Positions 7,885-17,533 of a DNA stretch of 64,000 nucleotides are shown piece after piece (position 1 is the stretch's first letter; the number at the start of each line of letters is the position of its first letter). The notes under the pieces were generated by a model. The model ran no database searches. It saw nothing but the letters and a program-made list of their open reading frames with translations, and was not told the DNA's origin. The stretch is taken from assembly GCA_002171125.1 (NCBI GenBank), contig NHHK01000020.1:7629-71628 (forward strand). The letters are read 5' to 3'. This stretch comes from a bacterium TMED161 (GTDB taxonomy: Bacteria; Fidelibacterota; Marinisomatia; SCGC-AAA003-L08; D37C17). The translations under genes were made by a program, and so were the position numbers.

Positions 7885-10059
7885 ATGTTATTTTATTATC
7901 ATATTAAAATCTTGTGCAGACTAGTTCTGGTTACATTTTTTACACTTTCATGTGCTTATTTTAATACTTTTTATAATGCTCAGGATGCATTCAAAAATGC
8001 AAAAACTATAATTGATAATAAAAAGTATACAGAAACTGACATCCCCATTGAGGCTAAAAAGTTTTTGGACGACGCTATAATTAATTCTAAAGTTGTTTTA
8101 CAGAACTACCCTGATAGTAGATGGGTTGAGGAAGCATATTATATTTTAGCTGTTTCTTCTTTACTTAAAGAAGATTACAAAGGCTCAAAAGAATATTTTT
8201 CTATTTTATTAGATACCTATCCTAAAAGTAAGTACTACATAGAGTCAATTCTATGGCTTTCCTTTTGTGAATATAGATTAGATCGTGTTGATTCTTATAA
8301 AAATTATATTTCTAAACTAATTGATAATGGTAAGAAATTGAATAGATACCAAAATTATATATATAATCAGATACTTGCTAAAGTAAGTATTGATAAAAAT
8401 AATACTCAAGATGTATATAAATATCTAAATTTATGCTTAAAGTACTCATCGAGCGACAGTGAGAAAATAAATATTTTTAATCAATTTATCAATTATTCAG
8501 AGAATATTGATGACTATATTACATTAGTTGATAATTTAGAAAAATTATATGATACACTTGAAGATGATCGAGATAAGAAAAATGTTAAATTGACAGCATT
8601 AGAATTTCATAAAATAAATAAGAATTATACTTATTTAATCACAGAAATTGAAAGGCTATTGAACCTATCATCATTCAATAATAAAAGACTTTTTTTGAAT
8701 TTAGAATTAGGTAAAATTTATTATCAAATGAATGACTATTCTTCTGCAAAGCAAATTTTTTATAATCTAACATCTGATAATTCAAAGAAAAAAGAAACAG
8801 CAGAAGCTTTTTATCTACTTGCAAAAATAAATATTGAAGAATCTTTTGATTTCTCTATTACAAAAGAATTATTAGAAAAGTCAAAAAATGAAAAATCAAG
8901 CTCAAAAGCTGGAAAACTAGCTAAAAAAACCCTGACAAAGATTGAGGACTTAGAAGATTTGATTTATGAATATAATCTTTCAACAAATATAGATTCTTCT
9001 GAAAACAATGAATTGCTTAGAGCGGATTCACTTTTATTTTATATAGCAGAGAGCTTTTATTTTGATTTTAATAAAATAGATTCATCTATTTTTAGATACA
9101 AGGAGTTAATAAAGAAATATCCTAATAGTAACCCATTTGCTGCGATGTCACTTTATGCCCTAAATGGAATTGATCCTAGTAATAATTTTATAGATACACC
9201 TGAAAGTTCATGGTTAGATATTGCTAAGCAGAAGTTTCCTAATTACTCAATCGATAATATCTCCTCTCAAGAATATATTGATAAATTATTGCCAATGTTA
9301 GATTTAGTTAACAGCTACAACCTTACTGACGCGTATATTATTTTAGATGAAATCCTAAATAATGATGTTGAATTATCATTTTATAAGGGACTGTTTAATG
9401 AGATCTATTTTTATAATACTGATGAAATGCTTATTAACTATATTAATTATGCAAACACTGATTCTGATAAACGAAATCTTGATACAGTTAAAGAAAAACT
9501 TTCTTCTTATTATTATATTATTAATGAAGACATTAAAAGTATTAAGACAGAGGCTAAATTGTCAGATTGTTGCGATAAAATAATTAATAATTATGATTTA
9601 GATTCAATTTATTTTTGTTTTGAAGAAATAAATGATATTGATGATTATTATTCATACGATTCTGTAAAAGTGAGAATTGATGAAATTATTCCAGGTTCGC
9701 CTTCATCTTTTAAAAGAAATATGTCACATTTTGATATTCTTTATAATAACTTCCAATCCAAATTTAGTTTTATAAGAGATAATATCGTCGTTGATTCTAT
9801 TTATTCACCAAATAGTTTTAGTGATTCATTAAAGAAAATAATCCAGAATTCAATAATTACTTATGAGCAGAATAATAATAATCCCAGCTCTAAAATCATT
9901 GATTTGGATAGATATTTGAATAGATATGAAAGTTTGAATTTTGTTGATACTTCTGATAAGGATGTTAAAATATCTAAAGAAAAAGATATCATGAAATTTG
10001 AAGATTTAAATTTTGAAAATTTAGAACTTGAAAAATTAAAATTAAATTTAACAAAATAA
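7885..10059 (+). CDS. TPR-repeat lipoprotein
   Basis: Signal peptide ending FFTLS-C (lipobox). The N-terminal CAYFNTFYNAQDAFKNAK and repeated helical Y/L/A-rich pairs are typical of TPR proteins. There is weak similarity of the N-terminus to BamD/SprE-type lipoproteins (from memory only). Confidence 0.6.
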   Translation: MLFYYHIKILCRLVLVTFFTLSCAYFNTFYNAQDAFKNAKTIIDNKKYTETDIPIEAKKFLDDAIINSKVVLQNYPDSRWVEEAYYILAVSSLLKEDYKGSKEYFSILLDTYPKSKYYIESILWLSFCEYRLDRVDSYKNYISKLIDNGKKLNRYQNYIYNQILAKVSIDKNNTQDVYKYLNLCLKYSSSDSEKINIFNQFINYSENIDDYITLVDNLEKLYDTLEDDRDKKNVKLTALEFHKINKNYTYLITEIERLLNLSSFNNKRLFLNLELGKIYYQMNDYSSAKQIFYNLTSDNSKKKETAEAFYLLAKINIEESFDFSITKELLEKSKNEKSSSKAGKLAKKTLTKIEDLEDLIYEYNLSTNIDSSENNELLRADSLLFYIAESFYFDFNKIDSSIFRYKELIKKYPNSNPFAAMSLYALNGIDPSNNFIDTPESSWLDIAKQKFPNYSIDNISSQEYIDKLLPMLDLVNSYNLTDAYIILDEILNNDVELSFYKGLFNEIYFYNTDEMLINYINYANTDSDKRNLDTVKEKLSSYYYIINEDIKSIKTEAKLSDCCDKIINNYDLDSIYFCFEEINDIDDYYSYDSVKVRIDEIIPGSPSSFKRNMSHFDILYNNFQSKFSFIRDNIVVDSIYSPNSFSDSLKKIIQNSIITYEQNNNNPSSKIIDLDRYLNRYESLNFVDTSDKDVKISKEKDIMKFEDLNFENLELEKLKLNLTK

Positions 10060-10071
10060 TCCTATTAAGGC

Positions 10072-10266
10072 ATGTTTAATAAAATAAAAATATTATGGGC
10101 AATGAAAAATTGGCCTAAGGAATATATAAAATGGAGATTTGAAACAGCTTACCCTAATGGTCTATTCGATGTAATTTCAAACCCTATACAATTTTTGAAA
10201 GATAGTTGGGCTTTTATTTCTTGGTGTGAGAATATAGATTCTAAAATAAATAGAAAGATTAATTGA
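10072..10266 (+). CDS. Hypothetical small Trp-rich protein
   Basis: 64-aa ORF packed 1 nt upstream of pyrD on the same strand. No recognisable family. Confidence 0.35.
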   Translation: MFNKIKILWAMKNWPKEYIKWRFETAYPNGLFDVISNPIQFLKDSWAFISWCENIDSKINRKIN

Positions 10267-10267
10267 T

Positions 10268-11176
10268 ATGCTTAGTATGAAAATTAAGGATGTTATTTTT
10301 AACTCCCCTATAATTGCAGCTAGTGGAACTTTTGGATATGGGAATGAAGTAGAGAAATTTATTGACCTTTCTAAATTAGGTGCTGTTATTACCAAATCAA
10401 TTACCCTCCAGCCTAGAGAAGGAAATATTTCCCCAAGGATACATGGTTCAGATTCAGGTATGATTAATTCAATTGGTTTAGCAAATATTGGAGTTGAAAA
10501 ATTTTGTAAAGATAAAGTTGAATCTCTTAATAATTTAAAAACCAAATATATAGTTAGTATTGCAGGCTCTACAATTGATGAATATGTCGAAATCCTGACT
10601 CAAATAGAGCAGTCTAACGGTAATCATGTAGGATACGAAATTAATATATCTTGCCCTAATGTCAAACAGGGAGGAATAGAGTTTGGTGTTAATACGGATA
10701 TTGTATCTAGTCTAACTCATCAATTAAGGCAGTTAACACAAAAATTATTAATAATTAAACTTACTCCAAACGTCACAGATATTTCTGAAATTGCTCTTTC
10801 TGCTCAAGAAGGTGGTGCTGATGCTATTAGTGCGGTGAATACTTTTCAAGGATTAGCAATCGATTATAAAACTGGAAAAATGCTTTTGTCAACCACTTTT
10901 GGTGGAGTTTCTGGCTCACCTATTAAGCCTCTAGCTTTAGCTAAAGTGCATAAAATTTATAATAAAATTAATATTCCTATTATTGGCATGGGGGGAATTT
11001 GTACATATGAGGATACTATAGAATTTTTTAGAGTTGGTTCTTCAATGGTACAAATAGGGACCCTCAATTATAGAGATCCTGCATTAATAATAAATATTTA
11101 TGATAAATTAAATAAATTCATGTTAAAAAATAAGTTTTCATCTATTTCAGATCTTGTAGGAAACTATCATAATTAG
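10268..11176 (+). CDS. pyrD: Dihydroorotate dehydrogenase, class 1 (Cys catalytic base)
   Basis: IIAASGTFGYG, ITKSITLQPREGN, MINSIGLANIG and the active-site NISCPNVKQGG. Confidence 0.9.
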   Translation: MLSMKIKDVIFNSPIIAASGTFGYGNEVEKFIDLSKLGAVITKSITLQPREGNISPRIHGSDSGMINSIGLANIGVEKFCKDKVESLNNLKTKYIVSIAGSTIDEYVEILTQIEQSNGNHVGYEINISCPNVKQGGIEFGVNTDIVSSLTHQLRQLTQKLLIIKLTPNVTDISEIALSAQEGGADAISAVNTFQGLAIDYKTGKMLLSTTFGGVSGSPIKPLALAKVHKIYNKINIPIIGMGGICTYEDTIEFFRVGSSMVQIGTLNYRDPALIINIYDKLNKFMLKNKFSSISDLVGNYHN

Positions 11177-11594
11177 AATTTTATATGTCATATTTATTTT
11201 AGCATTTATTTCTTGCTACCCTTCACCTAGATATACAAATCTAGTTTCTAAACCAGACTCTAGAGATACAAAAGATACATTTTATGGTATTTCTTCCTTT
11301 TATGGCTTAGGAGATGGTTTTGATGGAAATTTAACTGCTAATGGTGAAGTATATGATAAAGATGGAATATCTGCTGCTCATAAGACCTTACCATTAAATT
11401 CAACTGTTAGGGTGACGAATTTAAATAATGGAAAATCAGTAAAACTAAAAATAAATGATAGAGGTCCGTATATTAAGGGTAGAATTTTAGACTGCTCTTA
11501 TGGCGCAGCAAAAGAGCTTGATTTTGTGCAACAGGGAACAACTGAAGTAAAAGTTGAAGTTATAAAGTGGGGTGATAATGAATATAAAAAATAA
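11172..11594 (+). CDS. rlpA: RlpA-like lipoprotein (DPBB domain), non-canonical start codon
   Basis: The tracked ORF (GTG 11412) contains only the second half of the DPBB domain. The same frame upstream encodes the lipobox signal peptide RILYVIFILAFIS-C and FYGLGDGFDGNLTANGEVYD..AAHKTLP. There is no ATG/GTG/TTG after the in-frame TAG at 11157. The start was set at ATT 11172 but could be ATC 11166, ATA 11169 or ATT 11178. Confidence 0.7.
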   Translation: MRILYVIFILAFISCYPSPRYTNLVSKPDSRDTKDTFYGISSFYGLGDGFDGNLTANGEVYDKDGISAAHKTLPLNSTVRVTNLNNGKSVKLKINDRGPYIKGRILDCSYGAAKELDFVQQGTTEVKVEVIKWGDNEYKK

Positions 11595-11859
11595 TTATAT
11601 AGTCCTAATTACTTTATTTGCTATTATTTATGGCAATATAAAAGATTTGACATATCCTGGATATAATCGTCTTTATTATTATACTGAATATCAATCTAGC
11701 AAACTGTCTTATTTAGATAAGATAGTTACAGAATTACCTAAGCATAAAGATATAAATATTCAGACGGATTATGGGAATAAGTACTCAATTGAATTGCAAC
11801 TTAATAATACAATAATTATGCATAAAAATGGTTCTAGAGTATATTCGACAAATAAATGA
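11578..11859 (+). CDS. Hypothetical protein with N-terminal hydrophobic helix
   Basis: ORF between rlpA and cdsA, ATGA-coupled to cdsA. No recognisable family. Confidence 0.4.
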   Translation: MNIKNNYIVLITLFAIIYGNIKDLTYPGYNRLYYYTEYQSSKLSYLDKIVTELPKHKDINIQTDYGNKYSIELQLNNTIIMHKNGSRVYSTNK

Positions 11860-12671
11860 TTAGTAGCTATAAAAATAATAGATTTATAATAAACTTTTTT
11901 GGGGTACCAATAATCCTTTCATCTATTTATTATGATTTTTTATTTCCATATTTTGTTTTAATCATTTTATGTGCATGTACTTTTGAGTATGTAAAACTCG
12001 TAAATAAATTAAACTCTAGAATAACTATTGCATTATTACTTCCTTTTAATATTATTGTTTTCATGAACTCGTTATTGAATATTTGTGATACTTATACTTT
12101 AATTATTTTATTTTTTATTATCTGTTTTTCATTTGAAGTTTTCTTATATAGCGAATCTAGCACTCAGAACATTTCTTTTAATCTTATGGGGTTTATTATG
12201 ATTGGATGTTGTTTAACAGAATCATTAATTAATATAAGATTTGCTTATAATGGATTTTATCATACATTGCTTTTATTCTTGAGTGTTTGGATTTGTGATA
12301 CTTTTGCTTATTTTTTTGGTTCAAAGTTCGGCAAAACTAAAATATTACCAGCAATAAGTCCTAACAAAACATGGGTCGGTAGCTTTTCAGGAATTATTGG
12401 ATCTTTCATTGTAGCATTTTCATTTTACTATTTTGACGATATTTTTGCTTTATCTTATAATATTAGCATGGTAGATGTTGTTTTAATTTCAGTTATAACA
12501 GGAGTTTTTGGGCAATTAGGTGACTTTGCTGAATCAATTATGAAAAGACAAGTAAATATAAAAGATACCGGAACAATATTACTGGGTCATGGCGGTTTCT
12601 TAGATAGATTTGATTCAATAATATTTGCAGCTCCACTTTATTATATTTATTTAAAAAACTCAATATTATAA
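11856..12671 (+). CDS. cdsA: Phosphatidate cytidylyltransferase
   Basis: Polytopic membrane protein with SPNKTWVGS and the C-terminal signature GDFAESIMKRQVNIKDTGTILLGHGGFLDRFDS. Confidence 0.9.
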   Translation: MISSYKNNRFIINFFGVPIILSSIYYDFLFPYFVLIILCACTFEYVKLVNKLNSRITIALLLPFNIIVFMNSLLNICDTYTLIILFFIICFSFEVFLYSESSTQNISFNLMGFIMIGCCLTESLINIRFAYNGFYHTLLLFLSVWICDTFAYFFGSKFGKTKILPAISPNKTWVGSFSGIIGSFIVAFSFYYFDDIFALSYNISMVDVVLISVITGVFGQLGDFAESIMKRQVNIKDTGTILLGHGGFLDRFDSIIFAAPLYYIYLKNSIL

Positions 12672-12683
12672 AAACATATTTAG

Positions 12684-14483
12684 ATGAAAAATCAAGAAAA
12701 TATAAATGTTATTTTAGCTACGGATTGTGGTTCTACTACAACAAAATCAATTTTAATTGAAAAAATTGATGGAGAGTATCGTCTATCACATAGAGGTGAA
12801 GCTCCCACGACTGTTGAGGCACCATTTGAAGATGTTACTCGTGGAGTAATAAATGCAATAACGGAGCTTGAGGAGCTTTCTGAGCGTAAAATTTTAGATG
12901 GAGAAAAATTTATAAATACATCTTCTGATAATAAAAATGGTATAGATCTTTATATATCAACAAGCTCAGCTGGTGGTGGTCTTCAAATGATGGTCGCGGG
13001 TGTTGTTAAAAATATGACAGGCGAAAGCGCCCAAAGAGCTGCCCTTGGTGCAGGATCTATTGTAATGGATATCATTGCATCAAATGATGGTCGAAAATAT
13101 CATGAAAAAGTAAAAAGGATAAGAGAGTTAAGACCTGATATGGTTTTATTGTCTGGAGGAGTAGATGGAGGTACTAAATCCCATGTTGTTGAGTTATCAG
13201 AAATTCTAGCTGCAGCTAATCCACGCCCTAGACTAGGTAATAATTATAAACTTCCAATAATCTATGCTGGAAATAAAGAAGCGCGAAAAGAAGTTAATAA
13301 GACTTTGGTTGATAAAATAGACCTTAAAATGGTAGATAATATAAGGCCGACGCTTGAAGTGGAAAACTTACAGCCTAGTCGCGATAAAATTCATGATTTA
13401 TTCATGGATCATGTTATGGCACAGGCTCCTGGTTATGACAAGTTAAAAAAATGGACGCATTGTCCAATTATGCCAACTCCTGGTGCCGTTGGAGAAATAA
13501 TTAAAAGAATTGCTAAAAAAGAGCAAATATCTGTTGTTGGAGTTGATATAGGAGGTGCAACTACAGATGTTTTTTCAGTTTTTGAAGATAAGTTTAATCG
13601 AACTGTAAGTGCAAATTATGGAATGAGCTATTCAATATGTAATGTGCTTGCAGATGCTGGTGTGGAAAATGTATCCAGATGGCTTAGTCATGAGCTCGAA
13701 GAGTCTGACCTAACAAATAGAATAGCTAATAAGATGATTCGCCCGACAACAATCCCTCAAACTCTTGATGAATTAATTGTTGAGCAAGCAATAGCTAGGG
13801 AAGCGCTTAGATTGTCATTTGATCAACATAAAAAGTTTGCAGTTTCATTAAAAGGAGTTCAGCAAGAAAGAACAATTTCAGATACATTTGATCAGACAAT
13901 GTCTGGGGAAACTTTAGTTAATATGCAAGACCTAGATATGATTGTTGGTTCAGGAGGCGTTTTATCTCACGCTCCAAGAAGAGAACAGGCCTGTAAGATT
14001 TTAATTGATTCCTTTCTTCCAGAAGGGATCACTGAATTATCAGTAGATTCAATTTTTATGATGCCACAACTTGGAGTTTTAGCTTCTGTTCATGAAAAAG
14101 CAGCTATAGAAGTTTTTAATAAAGATTGCCTTGTTCGTTTAGGGACATGTATTGCCCCTTTAGGTGAAGGTGAAATAGGTCAAGAAATATTAGACTATGC
14201 TATTTTTGTCGAAGGAGAAAAGCATATAGGTACCCTTAAGTATGGTGAGATAAAAGTTATTAAGGCTAAATATATCGAATGTAAAGCAAATTTAAACTTG
14301 AAAGGTAATTTCTCTATCCAAAATAAAAGTATTTTTGAAGGCACTGTTTATGGAGGAGAGGTTGGTATTGTTTTAGATGGAAGAGGAAGGCCATTTAACT
14401 TTAATATGAAAACGGAAAATAGGAAGTCTCTAATTGACAATTGGAGAAATACAATTAATGAATATCCTAATTTGGAGATATAA
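12684..14483 (+). CDS. GlmL/MutL-family ASKHA-fold ATPase-like protein (cluster gene A)
   Basis: Two actin/hydantoinase-type phosphate loops, ILATDCGSTTTK and VVGVDIGGATTDVF. Size and layout match the glutamate-mutase accessory GlmL family. Confidence 0.8.
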   Translation: MKNQENINVILATDCGSTTTKSILIEKIDGEYRLSHRGEAPTTVEAPFEDVTRGVINAITELEELSERKILDGEKFINTSSDNKNGIDLYISTSSAGGGLQMMVAGVVKNMTGESAQRAALGAGSIVMDIIASNDGRKYHEKVKRIRELRPDMVLLSGGVDGGTKSHVVELSEILAAANPRPRLGNNYKLPIIYAGNKEARKEVNKTLVDKIDLKMVDNIRPTLEVENLQPSRDKIHDLFMDHVMAQAPGYDKLKKWTHCPIMPTPGAVGEIIKRIAKKEQISVVGVDIGGATTDVFSVFEDKFNRTVSANYGMSYSICNVLADAGVENVSRWLSHELEESDLTNRIANKMIRPTTIPQTLDELIVEQAIAREALRLSFDQHKKFAVSLKGVQQERTISDTFDQTMSGETLVNMQDLDMIVGSGGVLSHAPRREQACKILIDSFLPEGITELSVDSIFMMPQLGVLASVHEKAAIEVFNKDCLVRLGTCIAPLGEGEIGQEILDYAIFVEGEKHIGTLKYGEIKVIKAKYIECKANLNLKGNFSIQNKSIFEGTVYGGEVGIVLDGRGRPFNFNMKTENRKSLIDNWRNTINEYPNLEI

Positions 14484-15589
14484 TGTCAAAATCGTACACA
14501 CCGGGTCTTAAGGTTTTAGAAAAAACTACGATTCAAAAAGAACGATTGCTTCCTTTAAAAGGAAAAGTTCATGTAGATAATTATCAAATTGTTGATGCAA
14601 ACCATATAGTCGCTTCGACTAAAATACCTGGTAATATTCAAATGATTAATATTGCTAATGAGTTAAATATTGATGCTGATCAAATTAAGGAATCTATGTT
14701 GTGCACTATTGATGAGTCTGTTTCAAAAGGCCAAGTTATTGCACGAAGTAAGGGACTTTTTGGATTTTTTAAGTCCGAAGTAAGGTCTCCTCTAGATGGT
14801 GTAATTGGTAATATTTCAGATGTTACAGGACAAGTCATAATCTCTGAAGCTCCTATTCCTATTGAAATCGATGCTTATGTTTCAGGTAAAGTAAATTCAA
14901 TAATTGATAAAGAAGGTGTTGTAATTAATTCAAGTGGGATGCTGATTCAAGGTATTATTGGAATTGGTGGTGAGAAAAAAGGAAAGATAAAAATTTTTAA
15001 TGAAACTGACACTGACTTTTCTAGTATTGAACAGGATGATATTTTAATTTTGAAATCTACATTAACATATGATCTTTATCAAAAAATAAATGATTTAAAT
15101 ATACAAGGTATAGTTTGTGGTGGAATAGATTATCAGACTTTAACAAAGATTTTAAAAAAGCCACTTGGAGTTGCAATTACTGGTATGGAAGATACTACAA
15201 CAATTATAGTTACTGAAGGTTTTGGCGATATATCTATGGCAGATAGAACTTATCAATTATTAAAAAACAATGTTTCTAAAATAGCATCAATAAATGGTGC
15301 AACTCAAATTAGAGCAGGTGTTATGCGTCCTGAAATTTTCATTGGCTCAACAGATAAGTCTATAGTTGAGGATTCTTTTGATGAAGATAAATTAGCAATT
15401 TCTATTGGCTCTAAAGTTCGAATAATTAGAGAACCATTCTTTGGGCTGATTGGAGAGGTAATAGAATTACCGAAAGAATTAGTTACTATTGATACCGAGA
15501 CAACTTCAAGGGTGGCTAAGATTAAGCTGAATGACGATAGTTATGAAATTATACCCAGAGCAAATTTAGAAGTTATATTATTAGATTAA
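14483..15589 (+). CDS. Soluble protein with barrel-sandwich-hybrid segment and C-terminal KOW/SH3-like segment (cluster gene B)
   Basis: TAATG overlap with gene A. SKGQVIARSKG..VRSPLDGVIGNI resembles lipoyl/biotinyl-type hybrid barrels but lacks the M-K-M attachment site. GSKVRIIREPFFGLIGEVIEL is KOW-like. Confidence 0.6.
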   Translation: MSKSYTPGLKVLEKTTIQKERLLPLKGKVHVDNYQIVDANHIVASTKIPGNIQMINIANELNIDADQIKESMLCTIDESVSKGQVIARSKGLFGFFKSEVRSPLDGVIGNISDVTGQVIISEAPIPIEIDAYVSGKVNSIIDKEGVVINSSGMLIQGIIGIGGEKKGKIKIFNETDTDFSSIEQDDILILKSTLTYDLYQKINDLNIQGIVCGGIDYQTLTKILKKPLGVAITGMEDTTTIIVTEGFGDISMADRTYQLLKNNVSKIASINGATQIRAGVMRPEIFIGSTDKSIVEDSFDEDKLAISIGSKVRIIREPFFGLIGEVIELPKELVTIDTETTSRVAKIKLNDDSYEIIPRANLEVILLD

Positions 15590-15607
15590 TTGTATTAATT
15601 TAGTAAG

Positions 15608-15865
15608 ATGATCAAAGACCAAAATATAATATCAACTTTTGCAAAAGAAATAGTTGAAAGAGGCATGTCAGTCCCAGCTATCTTTTTTTTAGAAAGTACA
15701 AAATATATATCTTTTATTGGTAGCCAGTTTCTTGTTTTCTTAGGCCCACTCGCAACATGTTTTATTAATAATAAAAAATATTATAATCTTGCAGAGTTAC
15801 TTGAAGATCGAACTAATATAGAATTTTTAATCAACGAAATCGAGAGATTGAGTATAAAAAATTAA
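15608..15865 (+). CDS. Small two-helix membrane protein (cluster gene C)
   Basis: 85 aa with two hydrophobic stretches. Its stop lies 1 nt before the next start. Confidence 0.5.
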   Translation: MIKDQNIISTFAKEIVERGMSVPAIFFLESTKYISFIGSQFLVFLGPLATCFINNKKYYNLAELLEDRTNIEFLINEIERLSIKN

Positions 15866-15866
15866 T

Positions 15867-16733
15867 ATGAACAAATCTATTAAATATACATTACTCTCTT
15901 CTTTAATAATTTTGTTTTATTTTTTTATACCTTTACCAATTTTTCTCGTTGGGAATGAAACAACTTTTGTTTGTGTGATTTTATTATGCTTTGTTGTTGA
16001 GTATTTTATTGAATCTGCCAAAAGTGGAGAGCCTATTTATATGAGACCTATAGCTGCGATAAAGGCTATGGAGGAAGCCGTAGGTAGAGCTACTGAAATG
16101 GGCACCCCAGTCTTATATGTTCCTGGGATATCTAGCTTAGATCAAATTGATACAATTTCCGGACTAACTATTTTAGGCCATGTTGCCGGCATGACTGCTG
16201 AATATGAGGCGAATTTGCATGTACCTGTATGTGTTCCGATTGTTATGGAAACAGCAAAAGAAACATGTAAAGAGTCCTATTTGAAAAAGGGAAGGCCTGA
16301 CTTGTATAGAAATGATATGGTTCATTATGTAACAGATGACCAATTTGCATATGCGGCAGGAGTTAATGGAATTATGTTGAGAGAAAAGCCAGCAGCTGTA
16401 TTTTTTCAGGGAAAATTTTATGCTGAATCATTAATTCTAGCAGAAACAGGAAACTCTATTGGAGCAATTCAAATAGCAGGTACTGGTTCATCATCGCAGA
16501 TTCCTTTCTTTGTAACTGCATGTGATTATACTTTAATTGGTGAAGAATTTTATGCGGCTTCTGCATATTTATCCGGAAGTCCTGAGATGCTAGGAAGTAT
16601 TAAGGGGCAAGATTATGTGAAAGTTGGCTGCATGATTGCCATTCTGATAGTTTTTATTTCATCCCTATTAAATGGTTATGGAATTATTGACTTTAATATT
16701 GAAAGTTTATTTAGGACTAATGTAGTTAAGTGA
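15867..16733 (+). CDS. Membrane protein: N-terminal TM helices, ~200-aa alpha/beta domain, C-terminal TM helix (cluster gene D)
   Basis: Hydrophobic N- and C-termini flank a polar domain (GTPVLYVPGISSLDQ..AGTGSSSQIPFFVTACD). No family recognised. Confidence 0.6.
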   Translation: MNKSIKYTLLSSLIILFYFFIPLPIFLVGNETTFVCVILLCFVVEYFIESAKSGEPIYMRPIAAIKAMEEAVGRATEMGTPVLYVPGISSLDQIDTISGLTILGHVAGMTAEYEANLHVPVCVPIVMETAKETCKESYLKKGRPDLYRNDMVHYVTDDQFAYAAGVNGIMLREKPAAVFFQGKFYAESLILAETGNSIGAIQIAGTGSSSQIPFFVTACDYTLIGEEFYAASAYLSGSPEMLGSIKGQDYVKVGCMIAILIVFISSLLNGYGIIDFNIESLFRTNVVK

Positions 16734-17533
16734 AAAGGCAAATTGCATATTTTTTAGTAATATTTATTGGTTTTTTAACCCTATTAGGCCATTTTATTAA
16801 TTATCCTCCACTGAACGACTTTATAGATAATGACGCAACTCAATGGTTTGATATTATATCTGGATTTGCTGCATTTTTAGGTGTTATTAATTTATTACAA
16901 TTACATCTTAATAAAGTTGCGAATAAAAGAAAACATTATCAATATAGTATAATTACACTATTTGGATTTATTATTATGATAATTTTTGGTTTTATTTATA
17001 ATGGATCTAATGTTCCAATGGGACCACACCTTAAGGAAGAAGGCTCTGCATTTTATTGGATGTTTCAGAATATATATCTACCTCTTGGAGCAACCATGTT
17101 TGCTTTGCTAGCATTTTTTGTAGCTTCTGCATCCTACCGTGCTTTTAAAATTAGAAATTTCGAAGCTACATTGTTATTAGTTTCTGGAATATTTTTAATG
17201 CTTGGAAGAGTGCCTGTAGGTCAATTAATACCATGGTGGCTATCCCTCGAAATTTATATATGTCTTATTTTTGCAATTGCTGCGGGATTATTTGCTAATA
17301 AAAAAACATTGTTTTATACTTTGTTAATATCAATGATAATATTTCCCTTTATAATTTTACAATTAAATCTATCTCAATTAGCTATTTTTAAAATTCCAGA
17401 TTTGCAAGAATGGATAATGGATGTTCCTGCGACAGCTGGTTCAAGAGCAATCATGATTGGAATTGCATTAGGAACAATAGCTCAATCGTATAGAATTATA
17501 ACTGGTAGAGAAAGGTCAATCTTAGGTGACTAA
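16730..17533 (+). CDS. Polytopic membrane protein (cluster gene E)
   Basis: GTG start overlapping the previous TGA (GTGA). About 7 hydrophobic segments. No family recognised. Confidence 0.6.
   Translation: MKRQIAYFLVIFIGFLTLLGHFINYPPLNDFIDNDATQWFDIISGFAAFLGVINLLQLHLNKVANKRKHYQYSIITLFGFIIMIIFGFIYNGSNVPMGPHLKEEGSAFYWMFQNIYLPLGATMFALLAFFVASASYRAFKIRNFEATLLLVSGIFLMLGRVPVGQLIPWWLSLEIYICLIFAIAAGLFANKKTLFYTLLISMIIFPFIILQLNLSQLAIFKIPDLQEWIMDVPATAGSRAIMIGIALGTIAQSYRIITGRERSILGD

Noticed and set aside
7545-7924. ORFs 7545-7790 (minus) and 7730-7924 (plus).
   Set aside because: They are translations across the tRNA-Gly/Cys/Leu cluster, and the GC-rich tRNA sequence explains the open frames.
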